Below, in pieces: positions 9,799 to 21,277 of a stretch of 64,000 nucleotides of DNA. Origin of the DNA: Synechococcaceae bacterium WB9_2_112 (GTDB taxonomy: Bacteria; Cyanobacteriota; Cyanobacteriia; PCC-6307; Cyanobiaceae); NCBI GenBank assembly GCA_010027605.1, contig RGUW01000001.1:2136-66135 (forward strand). Direction: 5' to 3'. The translations under genes were made by a program, and so were the position numbers. The notes below the pieces were generated by a model. It had not been told where the DNA came from. It saw nothing but the letters and a program-made list of their open reading frames with translations, and made no database searches. Position 1 is the stretch's first letter. Every line of letters starts with the position of its first letter.

Positions 9799-11203
9799 GA
9801 GCCGGTTCCCGGGTACTGTCGGTTTCGTTGCTGTGCTCAGCAGCGCTCTGGGCAGTGGCCTCGACACCGGCAGTGCCTTTGCCTTTCTGGGTGCCGACAC
9901 GGATGCCACCTTTGATGGTGCTGACGGCCAGCATGGCGGTGACCTCGGCCTCGTCGCGCACGGCGCTGGGCACGGGTTTGTAACCCTGGGGAGCTAGGGC
10001 ATTGCCCCGCAGCACTGAGCCGAGCGTCAACAGCGTCAACTTGAGCTGTTGCCAGGGATTCATCGCCACCACGCGTTTGTAGAGATAGCTGTCGAAGGTG
10101 AGGCGTTGCACATCCTTGTCATCGCACATTTCGACGAAGGCTTCACGCGCGGCGTCATTGCGGTAGAAGATGTTCTGCAGGAGTTCGAGCACCTTGTAGG
10201 TGGCACCGTATTTGCGGTCCCACTTCTTCAGGTACTTCTTGAGATCGGCCTCGCTTGGAATGCGCTGACCGCCATTGCTGGCTGCGACAATCTCCTCGGC
10301 GCACATGCGTCCGCTCTTGGCGGCGAAGTAGATGCCCTCTCCAGAGCTTTTCGTCACGTAGCCCGCCGCATCCCCGACCAGGGCCATGCGCCCGACGACC
10401 CGGCGGGGACGGGGATGCTCAGGGATCGGGTGGGCCTCCACCTTGATCACCTCGCCATTGACCAGACGCTTCTTGGCCCGTTCGCGAATTCCCTCCTGCA
10501 GGCTCTTGATCAGGGCCTGGTTGTTCTGCATGGTGCCGGTGCCGACAGCCACATGGTCGTATTTGGGAAACACCCAGGCGTAGAAGTCGGGGGAGACATC
10601 CGTGCCCACATACATCTCAGCGAGACTTTCGTAGTACTTCATCTCCTCGGCGGGCAGCTTGATGCGCTCCTGGAAGGCGATGGCCACGTTGTAATCGCCA
10701 GCGTCCATCGCCTTGGCGACCCGGCTGTTGGCGCCATCGGCCCCGACGATCAGGTCAACCTCGAGGGTTTTGGTCTCGCCGGTGGCTTCACCACCGCTGT
10801 AATCGGAGTAGGTGAGGGTGTAAGGACCCTGGCGGTTGCTGCCGGTCTCGATCTTGGTGACCAGTCCGTTGATGAGGTGGGCGCCGAGATCGGCGGCACG
10901 GTCGCGCAGAAAGGCATCCATGACCTCGCGCCGACACATGCCGATGTACTCGTCCTCGTTCTCGAGATTGATGTCCACCTCCCGGTTGGAGGGGGAGATC
11001 ATCTTCATGTTTCGCACCTTGCGGTCGATGATCGTCTCGGGCAGGTCAAATTCCTCGACCATGCACAGAGGAATCGCCCCGCCACAGGGCTTGGCGTTGT
11101 CGAGCTTGCGCTCAAACACCCAGGTCGCAATGCCGGCCTTGGCCAGCACTTCAGCTGCACAGGAGCCGCTGGGACCGCCGCCCACCACCGCCACACGCAA
11201 CAT
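9788..11203 (-). CDS. chlP: geranylgeranyl reductase
   Basis: MLRVAVVGGGPSGSCAAEVLAKAG FAD-binding fold followed by KPCGGAIPLCMV, the typical ChlP pattern. It converges on glyS with an 11-nt overlap. Confidence 0.93.
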   Translation of the reverse strand: MLRVAVVGGGPSGSCAAEVLAKAGIATWVFERKLDNAKPCGGAIPLCMVEEFDLPETIIDRKVRNMKMISPSNREVDINLENEDEYIGMCRREVMDAFLRDRAADLGAHLINGLVTKIETGSNRQGPYTLTYSDYSGGEATGETKTLEVDLIVGADGANSRVAKAMDAGDYNVAIAFQERIKLPAEEMKYYESLAEMYVGTDVSPDFYAWVFPKYDHVAVGTGTMQNNQALIKSLQEGIRERAKKRLVNGEVIKVEAHPIPEHPRPRRVVGRMALVGDAAGYVTKSSGEGIYFAAKSGRMCAEEIVAASNGGQRIPSEADLKKYLKKWDRKYGATYKVLELLQNIFYRNDAAREAFVEMCDDKDVQRLTFDSYLYKRVVAMNPWQQLKLTLLTLGSVLRGNALAPQGYKPVPSAVRDEAEVTAMLAVSTIKGGIRVGTQKGKGTAGVEATAQSAAEHSNETDSTREPALSR

Positions 11204-11368
11204 GAAAACCGCTCCGGCTCAAGGATTTGGGCTGGACGCTAACACTGCAGTCGGTCGGGTTGCTGGCCTGGTGCGATACCCGAATTAGGATGTCAAGATC
11301 GTCTGGGGATCAGGGTCCTGGCACCGATTGGCCGCCGCTCGGCACCTGCAACCCGGCAGCGCTCCAGC

Positions 11369-12103
11369 GTGCTGCAGCCCTTGCCCGACGTCACGACCGA
11401 CATTCCCCAGGCGCGGCGGACCGGATCGCCCCTGAACCACAGCGCTGCATGGCGAACCAGGATCACCCTTGGCTTTGCCCTCGGATTGGTCCTTGCCACT
11501 GCTCTGACCATCGCCATCGCGTTGCCGAACCTGCTGCAGCGCAATGGTGCTGCGTCGCTGGCACCGCCTGGAGGAGCGCGTCCCGACCGGGACGGCAGGT
11601 TGTTGGGTCACTTCCCTTACCGCGAAATCGCGCCCAGTGAGCTCACCGCCGTTGCTCCGGGGCTCGAGCTACAGCGTGATGCTGCCAGCGCCGTGCTTGC
11701 AATGCAGGAGGCAGCCCGCGCCGATGGCGTCGAGCTGGTGGTGCTCAGCGGATTCCGTTCGATAGAACTGCAGAAACAGCTCTTCTTTGAGGTCAAATCA
11801 GCGCGCAACCAGACCGCCATGGAGCGGGCACGGGTCAGCGCACCACCCGGGTATTCCGAGCACAGCACCGGCTATGCGGTCGATCTGGCGGATGGTTCGG
11901 CCCGGAGCACCGATCTCTCAGCTGACTTCGATCAAACAGCGGCGTTCGCCTGGCTGCAGCGCAACGCCCATCGCTTCCACTTCACCTTGTCGTTTCCCCA
12001 GGGCAACGCCCAGGGTGTCAACTATGAGCCCTGGCATTGGCGGTACGAGGGGTCGGCCCAGGCACTGAGAACCTTCGAGCCGGCTCAGCGCCTGAGCCGT
12101 TGA
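11369..12103 (+). CDS. D-alanyl-D-alanine carboxypeptidase (VanY / peptidase M15B family)
   Basis: Motifs SGFRSIELQ, GYSEHSTGYAVDL and EPWHWRY, with an N-terminal TM segment. The GTG start at 11369 is uncertain. Confidence 0.8.
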   Translation: MLQPLPDVTTDIPQARRTGSPLNHSAAWRTRITLGFALGLVLATALTIAIALPNLLQRNGAASLAPPGGARPDRDGRLLGHFPYREIAPSELTAVAPGLELQRDAASAVLAMQEAARADGVELVVLSGFRSIELQKQLFFEVKSARNQTAMERARVSAPPGYSEHSTGYAVDLADGSARSTDLSADFDQTAAFAWLQRNAHRFHFTLSFPQGNAQGVNYEPWHWRYEGSAQALRTFEPAQRLSR

Positions 12104-12169
12104 CCCGCTGGCAGAGGGGGGGCTGGGATAGAGTCTCCGCTTGGACTCAAACGTACACGGAACATCCCT

Positions 12170-13993
12170 ATGGGTGCTGAGCACTCGGCCAGTGAGCACA
12201 AAGCTGCGGCCATCCGCAACATTGCCATCATTGCCCACGTTGACCACGGCAAAACCACCTTGGTGGATGCTCTGTTGAGTCAGTCAGGCATCTTTCGTGA
12301 TGGCGAAGCGGTCCCAACATGCGTGCTTGATTCCAACGATCTTGAGCGTGAGCGTGGCATCACGATTCTGTCAAAAAATACAGCTGTTGATTACAACGGA
12401 ATTCGCATCAATATCGTTGATACACCTGGTCACGCCGACTTCGGTGGCGAGGTCGAGCGCGTGCTCGGCATGGTGGATGGTGCGCTGCTGATTGTCGATG
12501 CCAACGAGGGTCCGATGCCCCAGACCCGATTCGTGCTCAAGAAGGCGCTGGAGAAGGGGCTGAGGCCGATTGTGTTCGTCAACAAGATCGACCGTGCCCG
12601 CGTCGATCCCGAAGTCGCTGTCGACAAAGTTCTGGATCTGTTCCTGGAACTGGGAGCCGATGACGATCAGTGCGATTTCCCCTACCTGTTCGGCAGTGGC
12701 ATGGGTGGCTATGCCAAGCCCGATATGAAAACAGACAGCGACAACATGAAGCCGCTGTTTGATGCCATTCTTCGCCATGTTCCGCCGCCGGTCGGCGATG
12801 CAGGCAAGCCCCTGCAGTTGCAGGTGACAACCCTCGACTACAGCGACTTTCTTGGTCGCATTATGATCGGCCGTATTCATAACGGCACCATCAAAGCCGG
12901 TCAGAACGCTGCTCTCATTCGTGATGACGGCTCCATCAAACGCGGCCGCATCAGCAAGCTGCTCGGTTTCCAGGGCTTGCAGAGGGTCGAGATCGATGAG
13001 GCCAGTGCCGGTGACCTTGTCGCCGTTGCGGGCTTCGATGAGGTCAACATCGGCGAAACCATCGCCTGCCCTGACAACCCCGAGGCGCTGCCGCTGATCA
13101 AGGTCGACGAACCCACCCTTCAGATGACCTTTGTGGTCAATGACTCCCCCTTTGCCGGCAAGGAGGGCAAGTTCGTCACCAGCCGTCAGATCCGTGATCG
13201 CCTTCAGCGTGAACTGCTCACCAACGTGGCGCTGCGCGTCGAGGACACCGACTCACCGGATCGTTTCGCCGTCAGCGGCAGGGGCGAACTGCATCTCGGC
13301 ATCCTCATCGAAACGATGCGGCGTGAGGGCTACGAGTTCCAGGTCAGCCAGCCACAGGTGATCTTCCGCACCATCGATGGCACCCCCCACGAGCCCTTTG
13401 AAACGCTCGTGATGGACGTGCCTGAGGCTGCCGTTGGTGGCTGCATCGAAAAGCTCGGTGTTCGCAAGGGCGAGATGCAGAACATGGAGACCAGCAACGA
13501 CGGGCGTACCCAGCTGGAATTCGTGGTCCCGTCACGCGGTTTGATCGGCTTCCGCGGTGAATTCATCCGCGCGACCCGTGGTGAAGGCATCATGAGCCAC
13601 TCTTTCCTCGACTATCGGCCGATGCAGGGTGACTTCGACACCCGTCGCAATGGCGTGCTGATTGCCTTTGAGGAAGGCACAGCGACCTTCTATGCCCTCA
13701 AGAACGCTGAAGACCGCGGTCAGTTCTTCATCAGCCCCGGCACCAAGGTCTACAAGGGCATGATTGTTGGTGAGAACAACCGTCCTCAGGACCTCGAGAT
13801 CAACGTCTGCAAGGCCAAGCAACTCACCAACATGCGTTCGGCCGGTGCTGAGGAACTCGACACGCTTCAGGCGCCACTGCAGATGACGCTCGAGCGGGCG
13901 CTGGAGTACATCGGCCCCGACGAAATGCTCGAGGTGACCCCTGAGTCGATCCGGTTGCGCAAGCTCCCTGCCAAGAAACCGGCGCGTCGCTGA
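12170..13993 (+). CDS. typA: translational GTPase TypA/BipA
   Basis: [20 protein letters not shown]1 motif and [14 protein letters not shown], in a 607-aa EF-G-like architecture. Confidence 0.95.
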   Translation: MGAEHSASEHKAAAIRNIAIIAHVDHGKTTLVDALLSQSGIFRDGEAVPTCVLDSNDLERERGITILSKNTAVDYNGIRINIVDTPGHADFGGEVERVLGMVDGALLIVDANEGPMPQTRFVLKKALEKGLRPIVFVNKIDRARVDPEVAVDKVLDLFLELGADDDQCDFPYLFGSGMGGYAKPDMKTDSDNMKPLFDAILRHVPPPVGDAGKPLQLQVTTLDYSDFLGRIMIGRIHNGTIKAGQNAALIRDDGSIKRGRISKLLGFQGLQRVEIDEASAGDLVAVAGFDEVNIGETIACPDNPEALPLIKVDEPTLQMTFVVNDSPFAGKEGKFVTSRQIRDRLQRELLTNVALRVEDTDSPDRFAVSGRGELHLGILIETMRREGYEFQVSQPQVIFRTIDGTPHEPFETLVMDVPEAAVGGCIEKLGVRKGEMQNMETSNDGRTQLEFVVPSRGLIGFRGEFIRATRGEGIMSHSFLDYRPMQGDFDTRRNGVLIAFEEGTATFYALKNAEDRGQFFISPGTKVYKGMIVGENNRPQDLEINVCKAKQLTNMRSAGAEELDTLQAPLQMTLERALEYIGPDEMLEVTPESIRLRKLPAKKPARR

Positions 13994-14006
13994 CCCGGCT
14001 GATCCG

Positions 14007-14438
14007 TTGCCATCCGCTGAACGGCCAGCACCCCCTCAGGTTGCCCCCACATCTCAGCCAACCGCGGATCCACTCCTGGCGGATCCGCGGTTGGCTGAGG
14101 CCGTGGCGCTCTTTGATGCAGGTGAGTGGTATGCCTGTCATGACGGCTTTGAGGCCCTCTGGCATGAAACCGCCGGCCCCTGGCGACCGGCGCTGCAGGG
14201 GCTCCTTCAGATCGCTGTCTCGCGCCTGCATCTCGAGCGTGGCAATCGGCGCGGAGCGATGATCCTCCTGGGCGAAGGACTCGGACGTCTGCGCGGCCTT
14301 CCCGATCAGGTGCTCGGGTTGGACCTCGGAGAGCTCAAGCACGTTGCGGCTGCCCAGCTCGATCTGCTTCAGAGCTCGGAACAGGCGATGCCCGGCCCAT
14401 TCCCCCGCTTGAAACCGCCGCTGGAGCCGGACACATGA
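14007..14438 (+). CDS. DUF309 domain protein
   Basis: LFDAGEWYACHDGFEALWHE resembles the DUF309 signature. The TTG start is uncertain. Confidence 0.6.
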   Translation: MPSAERPAPPQVAPTSQPTADPLLADPRLAEAVALFDAGEWYACHDGFEALWHETAGPWRPALQGLLQIAVSRLHLERGNRRGAMILLGEGLGRLRGLPDQVLGLDLGELKHVAAAQLDLLQSSEQAMPGPFPRLKPPLEPDT

Positions 14439-14472
14439 TCTGTAGATTGCAGCACTTCGCAGCTCTGTACCG

Positions 14473-14937
14473 GTGCCGCTGAAGTTGCCACGTTCCGGCC
14501 CTATCGGCATCGCGGCCCTGGTGCTGATCGCGCTGCACAGCGGTCTGGGCTGGCGATACGAGCGCGCCAACGCCCAGACCGATGCCAAGGGGTCAGCGGC
14601 GTCAGCCCTGACCAACGCCGGCCTGGTCTCGATCGAGTCGGATCTTCAGAAGGCCGACAACGTCACCGGTGTGATCACGGCCACTGGCAATGTGCGCATC
14701 GTCTATCCCGACCAACGGGTGGTCGCGACGGCGCGCCAGGCCCAGTATTTCTCCAGGGAGGCACGCATCGTCCTGAAGGGCGATGTCGATGTGATCCAGA
14801 GCGATGGCAAATCGCTCCGGGCCGAGCGGGTCACCGTGTTACTCGACAGCAAGCGCGTGGTGGCTGAGCCCCGCGCAGGTGAGCAGGTGGTGAGCACCAT
14901 GCGCCTCGAGTCCTCTTCGCCGTCCCCCATGCCATGA
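14473..14937 (+). CDS. LptA/OstA-family periplasmic protein
   Basis: N-terminal TM/signal segment, then an OstA-like beta-rich pattern (TGNVRIVYPDQ..., LKGDVDVIQ). It lies directly upstream of lptB and overlaps it by 4 nt. Confidence 0.65.
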   Translation: MPLKLPRSGPIGIAALVLIALHSGLGWRYERANAQTDAKGSAASALTNAGLVSIESDLQKADNVTGVITATGNVRIVYPDQRVVATARQAQYFSREARIVLKGDVDVIQSDGKSLRAERVTVLLDSKRVVAEPRAGEQVVSTMRLESSSPSPMP

Positions 14938-15662
14938 GCCTGGTTGTCGCGCAGGCCTCGCTGAGCATCGACGGGCGTCCGCTGGTGCGGGGGGTCAGTC
15001 TTGACTTGCAGCCCGCTGAAGTGGTGGGGCTGTTGGGCCCCAACGGTGCCGGCAAGACGACGACCTTTCACCTGATCACGGGTCTGCTGAGGCCTGACGA
15101 CGGCAGCATCGTGCTCGATGGGATGCCTGTTGAACACTTACCCATGTCCAAACGGGCACGGCTCGGGGTCGGCTACCTGCCCCAGGAGCCCAGCGTGTTC
15201 CGTCAGCTCACCGTGCGGGACAATCTCAAACTGGCCCTCGATGTGAGCGGCACCCCCGAGTCACAGCGGCGGCAGCGGCTCGACAGCCTGATCGCCGAAT
15301 TCAGGCTTGAGCCCTTTCAAGGCCGCAAGGGCTACCAGCTGTCAGGTGGTGAACGGCGCCGCTGTGAAGTGGCCAGAGCTCTTGCGGTGGGCGAGCAGGG
15401 CCCCCGCTATCTGCTTCTGGATGAGCCCTTCGCGGGCGTGGATCCGATGGCTGTCGCCGACCTCCAGGATCTGGTAGCCAGCCTGCGCGACCGGGGCATG
15501 GGGGTGCTGATCACCGACCACAACGTGCGTGAGACCCTGGCGATCACCGACCGGGCTTATATCCTCACCGACGGAAAAATCCTGGCGTCCGGCACCGCAG
15601 AGGCGATGGGATCCGATCCCATGGTTCGCCGCCACTACCTGGGCGAGGGATTTCAACTGTGA
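14934..15662 (+). CDS. lptB: LPS export ABC transporter ATP-binding protein
   Basis: Walker A GPNGAGKTT, ABC signature LSGGERRR and Walker B LLLDEP. The size (242 aa) and context fit LptB. Confidence 0.85.
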   Translation: MSLVVAQASLSIDGRPLVRGVSLDLQPAEVVGLLGPNGAGKTTTFHLITGLLRPDDGSIVLDGMPVEHLPMSKRARLGVGYLPQEPSVFRQLTVRDNLKLALDVSGTPESQRRQRLDSLIAEFRLEPFQGRKGYQLSGGERRRCEVARALAVGEQGPRYLLLDEPFAGVDPMAVADLQDLVASLRDRGMGVLITDHNVRETLAITDRAYILTDGKILASGTAEAMGSDPMVRRHYLGEGFQL

Positions 15663-16828
15663 GCACGCTGCCCCTGACCTGGGTTCAGCGGCACTGGCGC
15701 CGCATCCCCCTGCTCGACCGCTGGCTGGTCGGCGAACTGATCGGTCCTCTGCTGTTCGGCATCGCCGCCTTCACCGCCGTCTCGCTATCGGTCGGTGTGG
15801 TCTTCGAACTGGTGCGTCGGGTTGCCGAATCAGGACTGCCGTTGTGGGCAGCCGTGCAGGTTCTGATGCTCAACCTGCCGGCGTTTCTGGTGCTGGCGTT
15901 TCCCATGGCCACCCTCATGGCCACCCTGCTGGCCTACAGCAGGCTTTCGGGAAACAGTGAGCTGACGGCCCTGCGCAGTGTGGGCGTCAGCACCTGGCGC
16001 ATGGTGGTGCCGGCGCTGTGTCTGGCACTGCTCATGAGCCTGCTCACCTTTGTTTTCAACGATGTGATCGTGCCGCGGGCCAATCTGGCGGCGGCCAACA
16101 CCCTCAACCGGGCACTGGGCCAGGCGATCGCCACGGAAACAGCCGACGACACCCTCTATTCCCGCTTTGGTGACCTGTCGGGTCCTGATGGGCGCGTTGA
16201 ACAGGGGCTGTCGCAGCTGTTCTATGCCCGCCGCTTTGAGGGCGGTGAGATGAAGGATGTGACCCTGATCGACTTTTCCCGCATCGGTCAGCGTCAGATG
16301 CTGATGGCCAAGACCGGGGTCTGGAACCCTGCCATGGCGATGTGGGAATTTCGCAATGGCCGACTGATCAGTGTCGATGAAAACGGTGGCCAGACCACCT
16401 CGGCGAATTTTGATCGGTACCTTTATCCCCTCGGTCAGGGGCCCGTCGACGTCGCCAGCCTGCCGACCGATGCCAACCAGATGACCGTTGCACAGGCTCG
16501 ACGGGCTGAACGTCTGCTGAGCGAGGCCAACAACCTCAAGGAGGCGCGTCGTTTGCGGGTCAGGATCCAGGAGAAGTTCGCCTTTCCAGCGATCTGTCTG
16601 GTGTTCGGCCTGCTCGGCAGCAGCCTGGGGGTCAGGCCGAATTCAAGAACCAGCCGCAGCCAGGGCTTTGGCATCAGCGTGCTGTTGATTTTCGGCTACT
16701 ACCTCATGTCATTCATCTTCAGTTCGCTGGGGGTGAAAGGCACCCTCTGGCCATTGGTGTCAGCCTGGATGCCGGTGCTGATCGGTCTGGGGGCAGGGAC
16801 CTGGCTGTTGCGCCAGGCCAGTCGCTGA
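15659..16828 (+). CDS. LptF/LptG family permease (YjgP/YjgQ)
   Basis: 389-aa multi-TM ORF overlapping the lptB stop (GTGA). [12 protein letters not shown] is typical of the YjgP/YjgQ family. Confidence 0.82.
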   Translation: MSTLPLTWVQRHWRRIPLLDRWLVGELIGPLLFGIAAFTAVSLSVGVVFELVRRVAESGLPLWAAVQVLMLNLPAFLVLAFPMATLMATLLAYSRLSGNSELTALRSVGVSTWRMVVPALCLALLMSLLTFVFNDVIVPRANLAAANTLNRALGQAIATETADDTLYSRFGDLSGPDGRVEQGLSQLFYARRFEGGEMKDVTLIDFSRIGQRQMLMAKTGVWNPAMAMWEFRNGRLISVDENGGQTTSANFDRYLYPLGQGPVDVASLPTDANQMTVAQARRAERLLSEANNLKEARRLRVRIQEKFAFPAICLVFGLLGSSLGVRPNSRTSRSQGFGISVLLIFGYYLMSFIFSSLGVKGTLWPLVSAWMPVLIGLGAGTWLLRQASR

Positions 16829-16895
16829 GCCCCCAGGATCGCCAGACTGGCCCCTGGCAGTTGTCTGCTTCATTGTCTGTTCGTTGCCCGCTCTG

Positions 16896-17804
16896 ATGGA
16901 TCCGGTTTTCACTCTTGGTCTGGCTGCCTTTGCGCTGCTGCTGCTGGCCCTGCCGGTGGCGTTCTGGGCTCTGAGCGGTGGCCGGCGCAGCTCCCTGGTC
17001 ACGGTGCTGGTGGCGAGTGCCAATCTCTGCCTGACAACTCAGCTGGTGCTGCGCTGGCTTGATGCGGGACATTTCCCGATCAGCAATCTCTATGAATCCC
17101 TGTGCTTTCTGGCTTGGGGCTGCAGCCTGGCCCAATTGCTGGTGGAGCGCAGCTGGCCCTCGCCACTGGTCAGCGCCGCCTGTTCTCCCATGGCGCTGGG
17201 CTGCGTTGCCTTTGCCAGTTTTGCGCTGCCTGACCGGCTCCAGGAGGCATCACCTCTGGTTCCGGCCCTGCGGTCCAGCTGGCTGATCATGCACGTGAGC
17301 GTGATCATGCTCAGCTATGCGGCACTGCTGATCGGCTCGCTGCTGTCGGTGGCGGTGCTGTTCACCGACCGTCAACAGAGCCTCGAACTGCGCAGCAGCT
17401 CGATCGGCAGCGGTGCCTGGCGACAGTCAGCTCTGGCAGGGACCGATGGCACAGCGCTGCAGCTTCAGAGCGTGACCATGTCGATGGCCGAGCAACTGGA
17501 CAGCCTCAGCTACCGCACCATCACCGTGGGGTTCCTGCTGCTGTCGGTGGGTCTGGTGAGCGGAGCCGTCTGGGCCAATGAGGCCTGGGGCAGCTGGTGG
17601 AGCTGGGATCCCAAGGAAACCTGGGCGTTGATCACCTGGTTGGTGTACGCCGCCTATCTGCACACCCGGTTGATCAGAGGCTGGCAAGGCCGTAAGCCCG
17701 CTCTGGTGGCTTCAGCTGGATTGGTTGTGATCGCCGTCTGCTATATCGGCGTCAATCTGCTGGGCATCGGTCTGCACAGCTACGGCTGGTTCTTCGACAG
17801 CTGA
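16896..17804 (+). CDS. ccsA: cytochrome c biogenesis protein CcsA
   Basis: Trp-rich heme-handling motif [22 protein letters not shown] 16896 lies inside ORF 16884..17804. Confidence 0.9.
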   Translation: MDPVFTLGLAAFALLLLALPVAFWALSGGRRSSLVTVLVASANLCLTTQLVLRWLDAGHFPISNLYESLCFLAWGCSLAQLLVERSWPSPLVSAACSPMALGCVAFASFALPDRLQEASPLVPALRSSWLIMHVSVIMLSYAALLIGSLLSVAVLFTDRQQSLELRSSSIGSGAWRQSALAGTDGTALQLQSVTMSMAEQLDSLSYRTITVGFLLLSVGLVSGAVWANEAWGSWWSWDPKETWALITWLVYAAYLHTRLIRGWQGRKPALVASAGLVVIAVCYIGVNLLGIGLHSYGWFFDS

Positions 17805-17992
17805 ACCTCAGCCTGAGGCATGGGCCCATGGGACAGAGACGCGTCGAATGCAAGCGTTCCGGGAGGCTGCTCTGTACTCAACGCTCCGATCTGGAGTGTT
17901 CAACGGTTGGTTGGCCTTCAGAGGCCTGGTCAGAGTGTGGCCGGTTCCGAGTGAACAGTCTGAGTGACCTTGTCTGAGTGGGTTGGCCTAAG

Positions 17993-18016
17993 CCGGGATC
18001 CGTTCAAGGACCCCGG
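17993..18016 (-). terminator. hairpin downstream of rpe (possible terminator)
   Basis: On the minus strand, CCGGGGTCC-TTGAAC-GGATCCCGG forms a 9-bp stem including one G-T pair, about 30 nt after the rpe stop. There is no clear U-tract. Confidence 0.35.
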
Positions 18017-18045
18017 CGGCACCCATGAGCTGAGGACCGCGCTGT

Positions 18046-18729
18046 TCAGACCGCAGCGGCCACAGGGCGCCGACTGTGACGGATCCCGGTGATCGCCTCG
18101 GCATAGCTGGGCTGGTTGAACACGCCCGAACCACTGACGATGGCGTTGGCACCGGCTTCGATCACCTTCCAGGCGTTGTCGGCCTTGATCCCGCCATCGA
18201 CCTCGATCCAGGGATCCAGGCCCTTGGCGTCACACATGGCACGCAGGTCACGGATCTTCTGAACCTGGTTCTCGATGAAACTCTGGCCACCGAAGCCAGG
18301 GTTGACGCTCATTACCAGAACCAGATCACACAGCTCCAGGCAGTACTCAAGGGTGTCGATCGGGGTGCTGGGATTGAGAACAGCACCGGCCATCTTGCCC
18401 AGGTCTCGGATCTGAGCAAGGTTGCGGTGCAGGTGTGGGCAGGCCTCCACCTGCACGCTGATGATGTCGGCACCGGCCTTGGCGAATTCAGGCACATATT
18501 TCTCGGGTTCCACGATCATCAGGTGCACGTCCAGTGGCTTGGTGGTCACTGGACGCAGGGCCTGAACGATCAGAGGGCCGATGGTGATGTTCGGCACGAA
18601 GCGTCCATCCATGACATCCACATGGATCCAGTCGGCACCGGCCTGATCGACGGCCCGCACGTCTTCGCCGAGTCGGGAGAAATCAGCCGAGAGGATCGAG
18701 GGTGAGATGACCAGGGGCTTGGTGCTCAT
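18046..18729 (-). CDS. rpe: ribulose-phosphate 3-epimerase
   Basis: [29 protein letters not shown] and [14 protein letters not shown] are classic Rpe motifs. Confidence 0.95.
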   Translation of the reverse strand: MSTKPLVISPSILSADFSRLGEDVRAVDQAGADWIHVDVMDGRFVPNITIGPLIVQALRPVTTKPLDVHLMIVEPEKYVPEFAKAGADIISVQVEACPHLHRNLAQIRDLGKMAGAVLNPSTPIDTLEYCLELCDLVLVMSVNPGFGGQSFIENQVQKIRDLRAMCDAKGLDPWIEVDGGIKADNAWKVIEAGANAIVSGSGVFNQPSYAEAITGIRHSRRPVAAAV

Positions 18730-18941
18730 GGAGCCACACCTATCAGTGAGCCTGGATTGTAGGAACCGGTCTGAAGACGATCCCCTGCAGGGGGCGGCCC
18801 CGTGGCCCTGCCGGTCATCCAGGCCGAGACTGATACAGTTGCGGCCACTTCGAGACCGAGAAACGCTGCAGCGACAAGCCCTGTTGGGTCAATGCGCCTC
18901 CCGGTTCTCTCTCTGGAAGTCCTCCCCCTTGCCGCACCGCT

Positions 18942-19946
18942 GTGGATCGCACCCTCATCCAGGAAATTCTCGAGGTCGTTGAACAGGCCGGGATCGCTTC
19001 GGCGAAGCTCACCGGCATGGGTCTCAAGAACGAGGCCGACGCCGCCGCCGTTGAGGCGATGCGCGAGCGGATGTACAAGATTCAGATGCAGGGTCGCATC
19101 GTCATCGGTGAAGGCGAGCGTGACGAAGCACCCATGCTCTACATCGGCGAAGAGGTGGGCAGCGGCAGCGGCCCCGGCGTCGACTTCGCGGTGGATCCCT
19201 GCGAAGGCACCAACCTCTGCGCCAACAGCCAGCGCGGCTCGATGGCCGTGCTGGCGGCCTCGGACCGCGGCGGTCTGTTCAATGCTCCCGACTTCTACAT
19301 GAAGAAACTGGCCGCTCCGCCGGCGGCCAAGGGCAAGGTCGACATCCGCAAGTCGGCCACCGAGAACATCGCAATCCTGAGCGAGTGCCTCGGCCTTCCC
19401 ACCGATGAACTGGTCATCGTGGTGATGGACCGTGCTCGCCACAAGGATCTGATCAAGGAGATCCGCGCCACCGGCGCCCGCGTGCAACCGATCAGCGACG
19501 GTGATGTGCAGGCCGCGATCGCCTGTGGTTTTGCCGGCACCGGCACCCATTGCCTGATGGGCATTGGCGCGGCTCCCGAAGGCGTGATCTCTGCCGCTGC
19601 CCTGCGGGCGCTGGGCGGCCACTTCCAGGGCCAGCTGGTCTATGACCCCGCCGTGGCCCAGACCTCTGAGTGGGAAGGTCTCACCAAGGAAGGCAACCTG
19701 GCCCGCCTGGCCGAAATGGGCATCACCGATCCCGATCGTGTTTATGAGGCCGAGGAACTCGCCTGCGGTGAGAACGTCGTGTTTGCGGCCACCGGAATCA
19801 CCGATGGCCTGCTGTTTGACGGCGTGAAGTTTGAGAAGGATTGCACCCGCACCAGCTCACTGGTGATCAGTACCCTCGATAACACCGCCCGCTTCACCAC
19901 CACGGTGCACATCAAGGACGGCGCCCAGAGCATCGCCCTGCGCTGA
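18942..19946 (+). CDS. glpX: class II fructose-1,6-bisphosphatase / sedoheptulose-1,7-bisphosphatase
   Basis: 334 aa with a GlpX-family pattern ([24 protein letters not shown]) and a GTG start. It is divergent from rpe. Confidence 0.92.
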   Translation: MDRTLIQEILEVVEQAGIASAKLTGMGLKNEADAAAVEAMRERMYKIQMQGRIVIGEGERDEAPMLYIGEEVGSGSGPGVDFAVDPCEGTNLCANSQRGSMAVLAASDRGGLFNAPDFYMKKLAAPPAAKGKVDIRKSATENIAILSECLGLPTDELVIVVMDRARHKDLIKEIRATGARVQPISDGDVQAAIACGFAGTGTHCLMGIGAAPEGVISAAALRALGGHFQGQLVYDPAVAQTSEWEGLTKEGNLARLAEMGITDPDRVYEAEELACGENVVFAATGITDGLLFDGVKFEKDCTRTSSLVISTLDNTARFTTTVHIKDGAQSIALR

Positions 19947-19966
19947 TCCCAGCACCACCTGCATCC

Positions 19967-21277
19967 ATGCACCTCGCCGTCATTGGCCTCAGTCATCGCA
20001 CGGCTCCGGTGGAGATCCGGGAGAGGCTCAGCATCCCCGAGCAGACGATGGAGGACTCCCTCCAGCAGCTGCGCAATGAGGAACAGGTGCTGGAGGCGTC
20101 AATCCTCAGCACCTGCAACCGGCTCGAGATCTACACCCTGCTGCGCCATCCGGAGCTGGGTGTCTCGGCCGTGGGCTCTTTCCTGAGCCGCCTCTCTGGC
20201 CTTGGGGTTGAACAGCTCTCACCGCATCTGTTCACCTATCACCACGAAGAGGCGGTCGACCACCTGTTGCGGGTGGCCGCCGGCCTCGATTCCCTTGTGC
20301 TTGGAGAAGGTCAGATCCTCTCCCAGGTCAAGAAGATGGTGCGGCTCGGTCAGGAGCACCGCTCCGTCGGGCCGATCCTCAATCGTCTGATGAACCAGGC
20401 GGTGAGTACCGGCAAGCGCGTGCGCACCGAAACCAACCTGGGTACCGGTGCCGTCTCGATCAGTTCGGCTGCGGTCGAGCTTGCCCAGCTCAAGGTTGGC
20501 CAGGCCCGTTGTCTTGACCAGCTTGTGGGTCTCGATGAAGAGCAGGTTGCCGTTGTCGGTGCCGGTCGCATGTCGAGACTGCTGTTGCAGCACCTGCAGG
20601 CCAAAGGTTGTCGTGGTGTGGTTCTGCTCAACCGCACGGTGGCAAGGGCTGAGTTAATGGCTGCAGATTTCCCGGCCTTGCCGGTGCAGTGCCGCCCGAT
20701 CACCGATCTTGATCACTGTCTGAGCACCTGTTCACTGGTGTTCACCAGCACGGCAGCCGAAGAGCCGATCATCGACGCAGAGCGACTGCACCCCCTGAAT
20801 CGGCGCTCAAGCCTGATGCTGGTTGATATCGGCGTACCTCGCAACATCGCTGCCGATGTCGGTGATCTTGCCGGTGTGCAGCGCTTTGATGTTGATGACC
20901 TTCAGGAAGTCGTCAATCGCAACCAGGAGGCCAGACGCGAAATGGCTCAGGAGGCCGAGGCTCTCCTGGCCGAGGAATCCCGTCTGTTTCTGGAGTGGTG
21001 GGATGGTCTGGAAGCCGTGCCAGTGCTCAATCGGTTGCGGCGCCAGCTGGAGGAGATTCGCGAGTCAGAACTGCAGAAAGCACTGAGTCGCATGGGGCCC
21101 GATTTCTCTGCGCGCGAGCGCAAGGTGGTGGAAGCTCTCAGCAAGGGCATCATCAACAAGATCCTCCACCCTCCGGTCACCCATCTGCGGGCACCACAGA
21201 GTCGACAGCAACGCCACCAGTCCATGCGAACCCTGGCAGAACTGTTTGATCTCAACGAGGGCAGCGATGAGTCCTGA
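19967..21277 (+). CDS. hemA: glutamyl-tRNA reductase
   Basis: MHLAVIGLSHRTAPVEIRE, STCNRLEIY (catalytic Cys) and the NADPH fold VVGAGRM. Confidence 0.95.
   Translation: MHLAVIGLSHRTAPVEIRERLSIPEQTMEDSLQQLRNEEQVLEASILSTCNRLEIYTLLRHPELGVSAVGSFLSRLSGLGVEQLSPHLFTYHHEEAVDHLLRVAAGLDSLVLGEGQILSQVKKMVRLGQEHRSVGPILNRLMNQAVSTGKRVRTETNLGTGAVSISSAAVELAQLKVGQARCLDQLVGLDEEQVAVVGAGRMSRLLLQHLQAKGCRGVVLLNRTVARAELMAADFPALPVQCRPITDLDHCLSTCSLVFTSTAAEEPIIDAERLHPLNRRSSLMLVDIGVPRNIAADVGDLAGVQRFDVDDLQEVVNRNQEARREMAQEAEALLAEESRLFLEWWDGLEAVPVLNRLRRQLEEIRESELQKALSRMGPDFSARERKVVEALSKGIINKILHPPVTHLRAPQSRQQRHQSMRTLAELFDLNEGSDES

Noticed and set aside
10049-11242. 397-aa plus-strand ORF
   Set aside because: It is antisense to chlP and has no motifs, so it is a shadow ORF.
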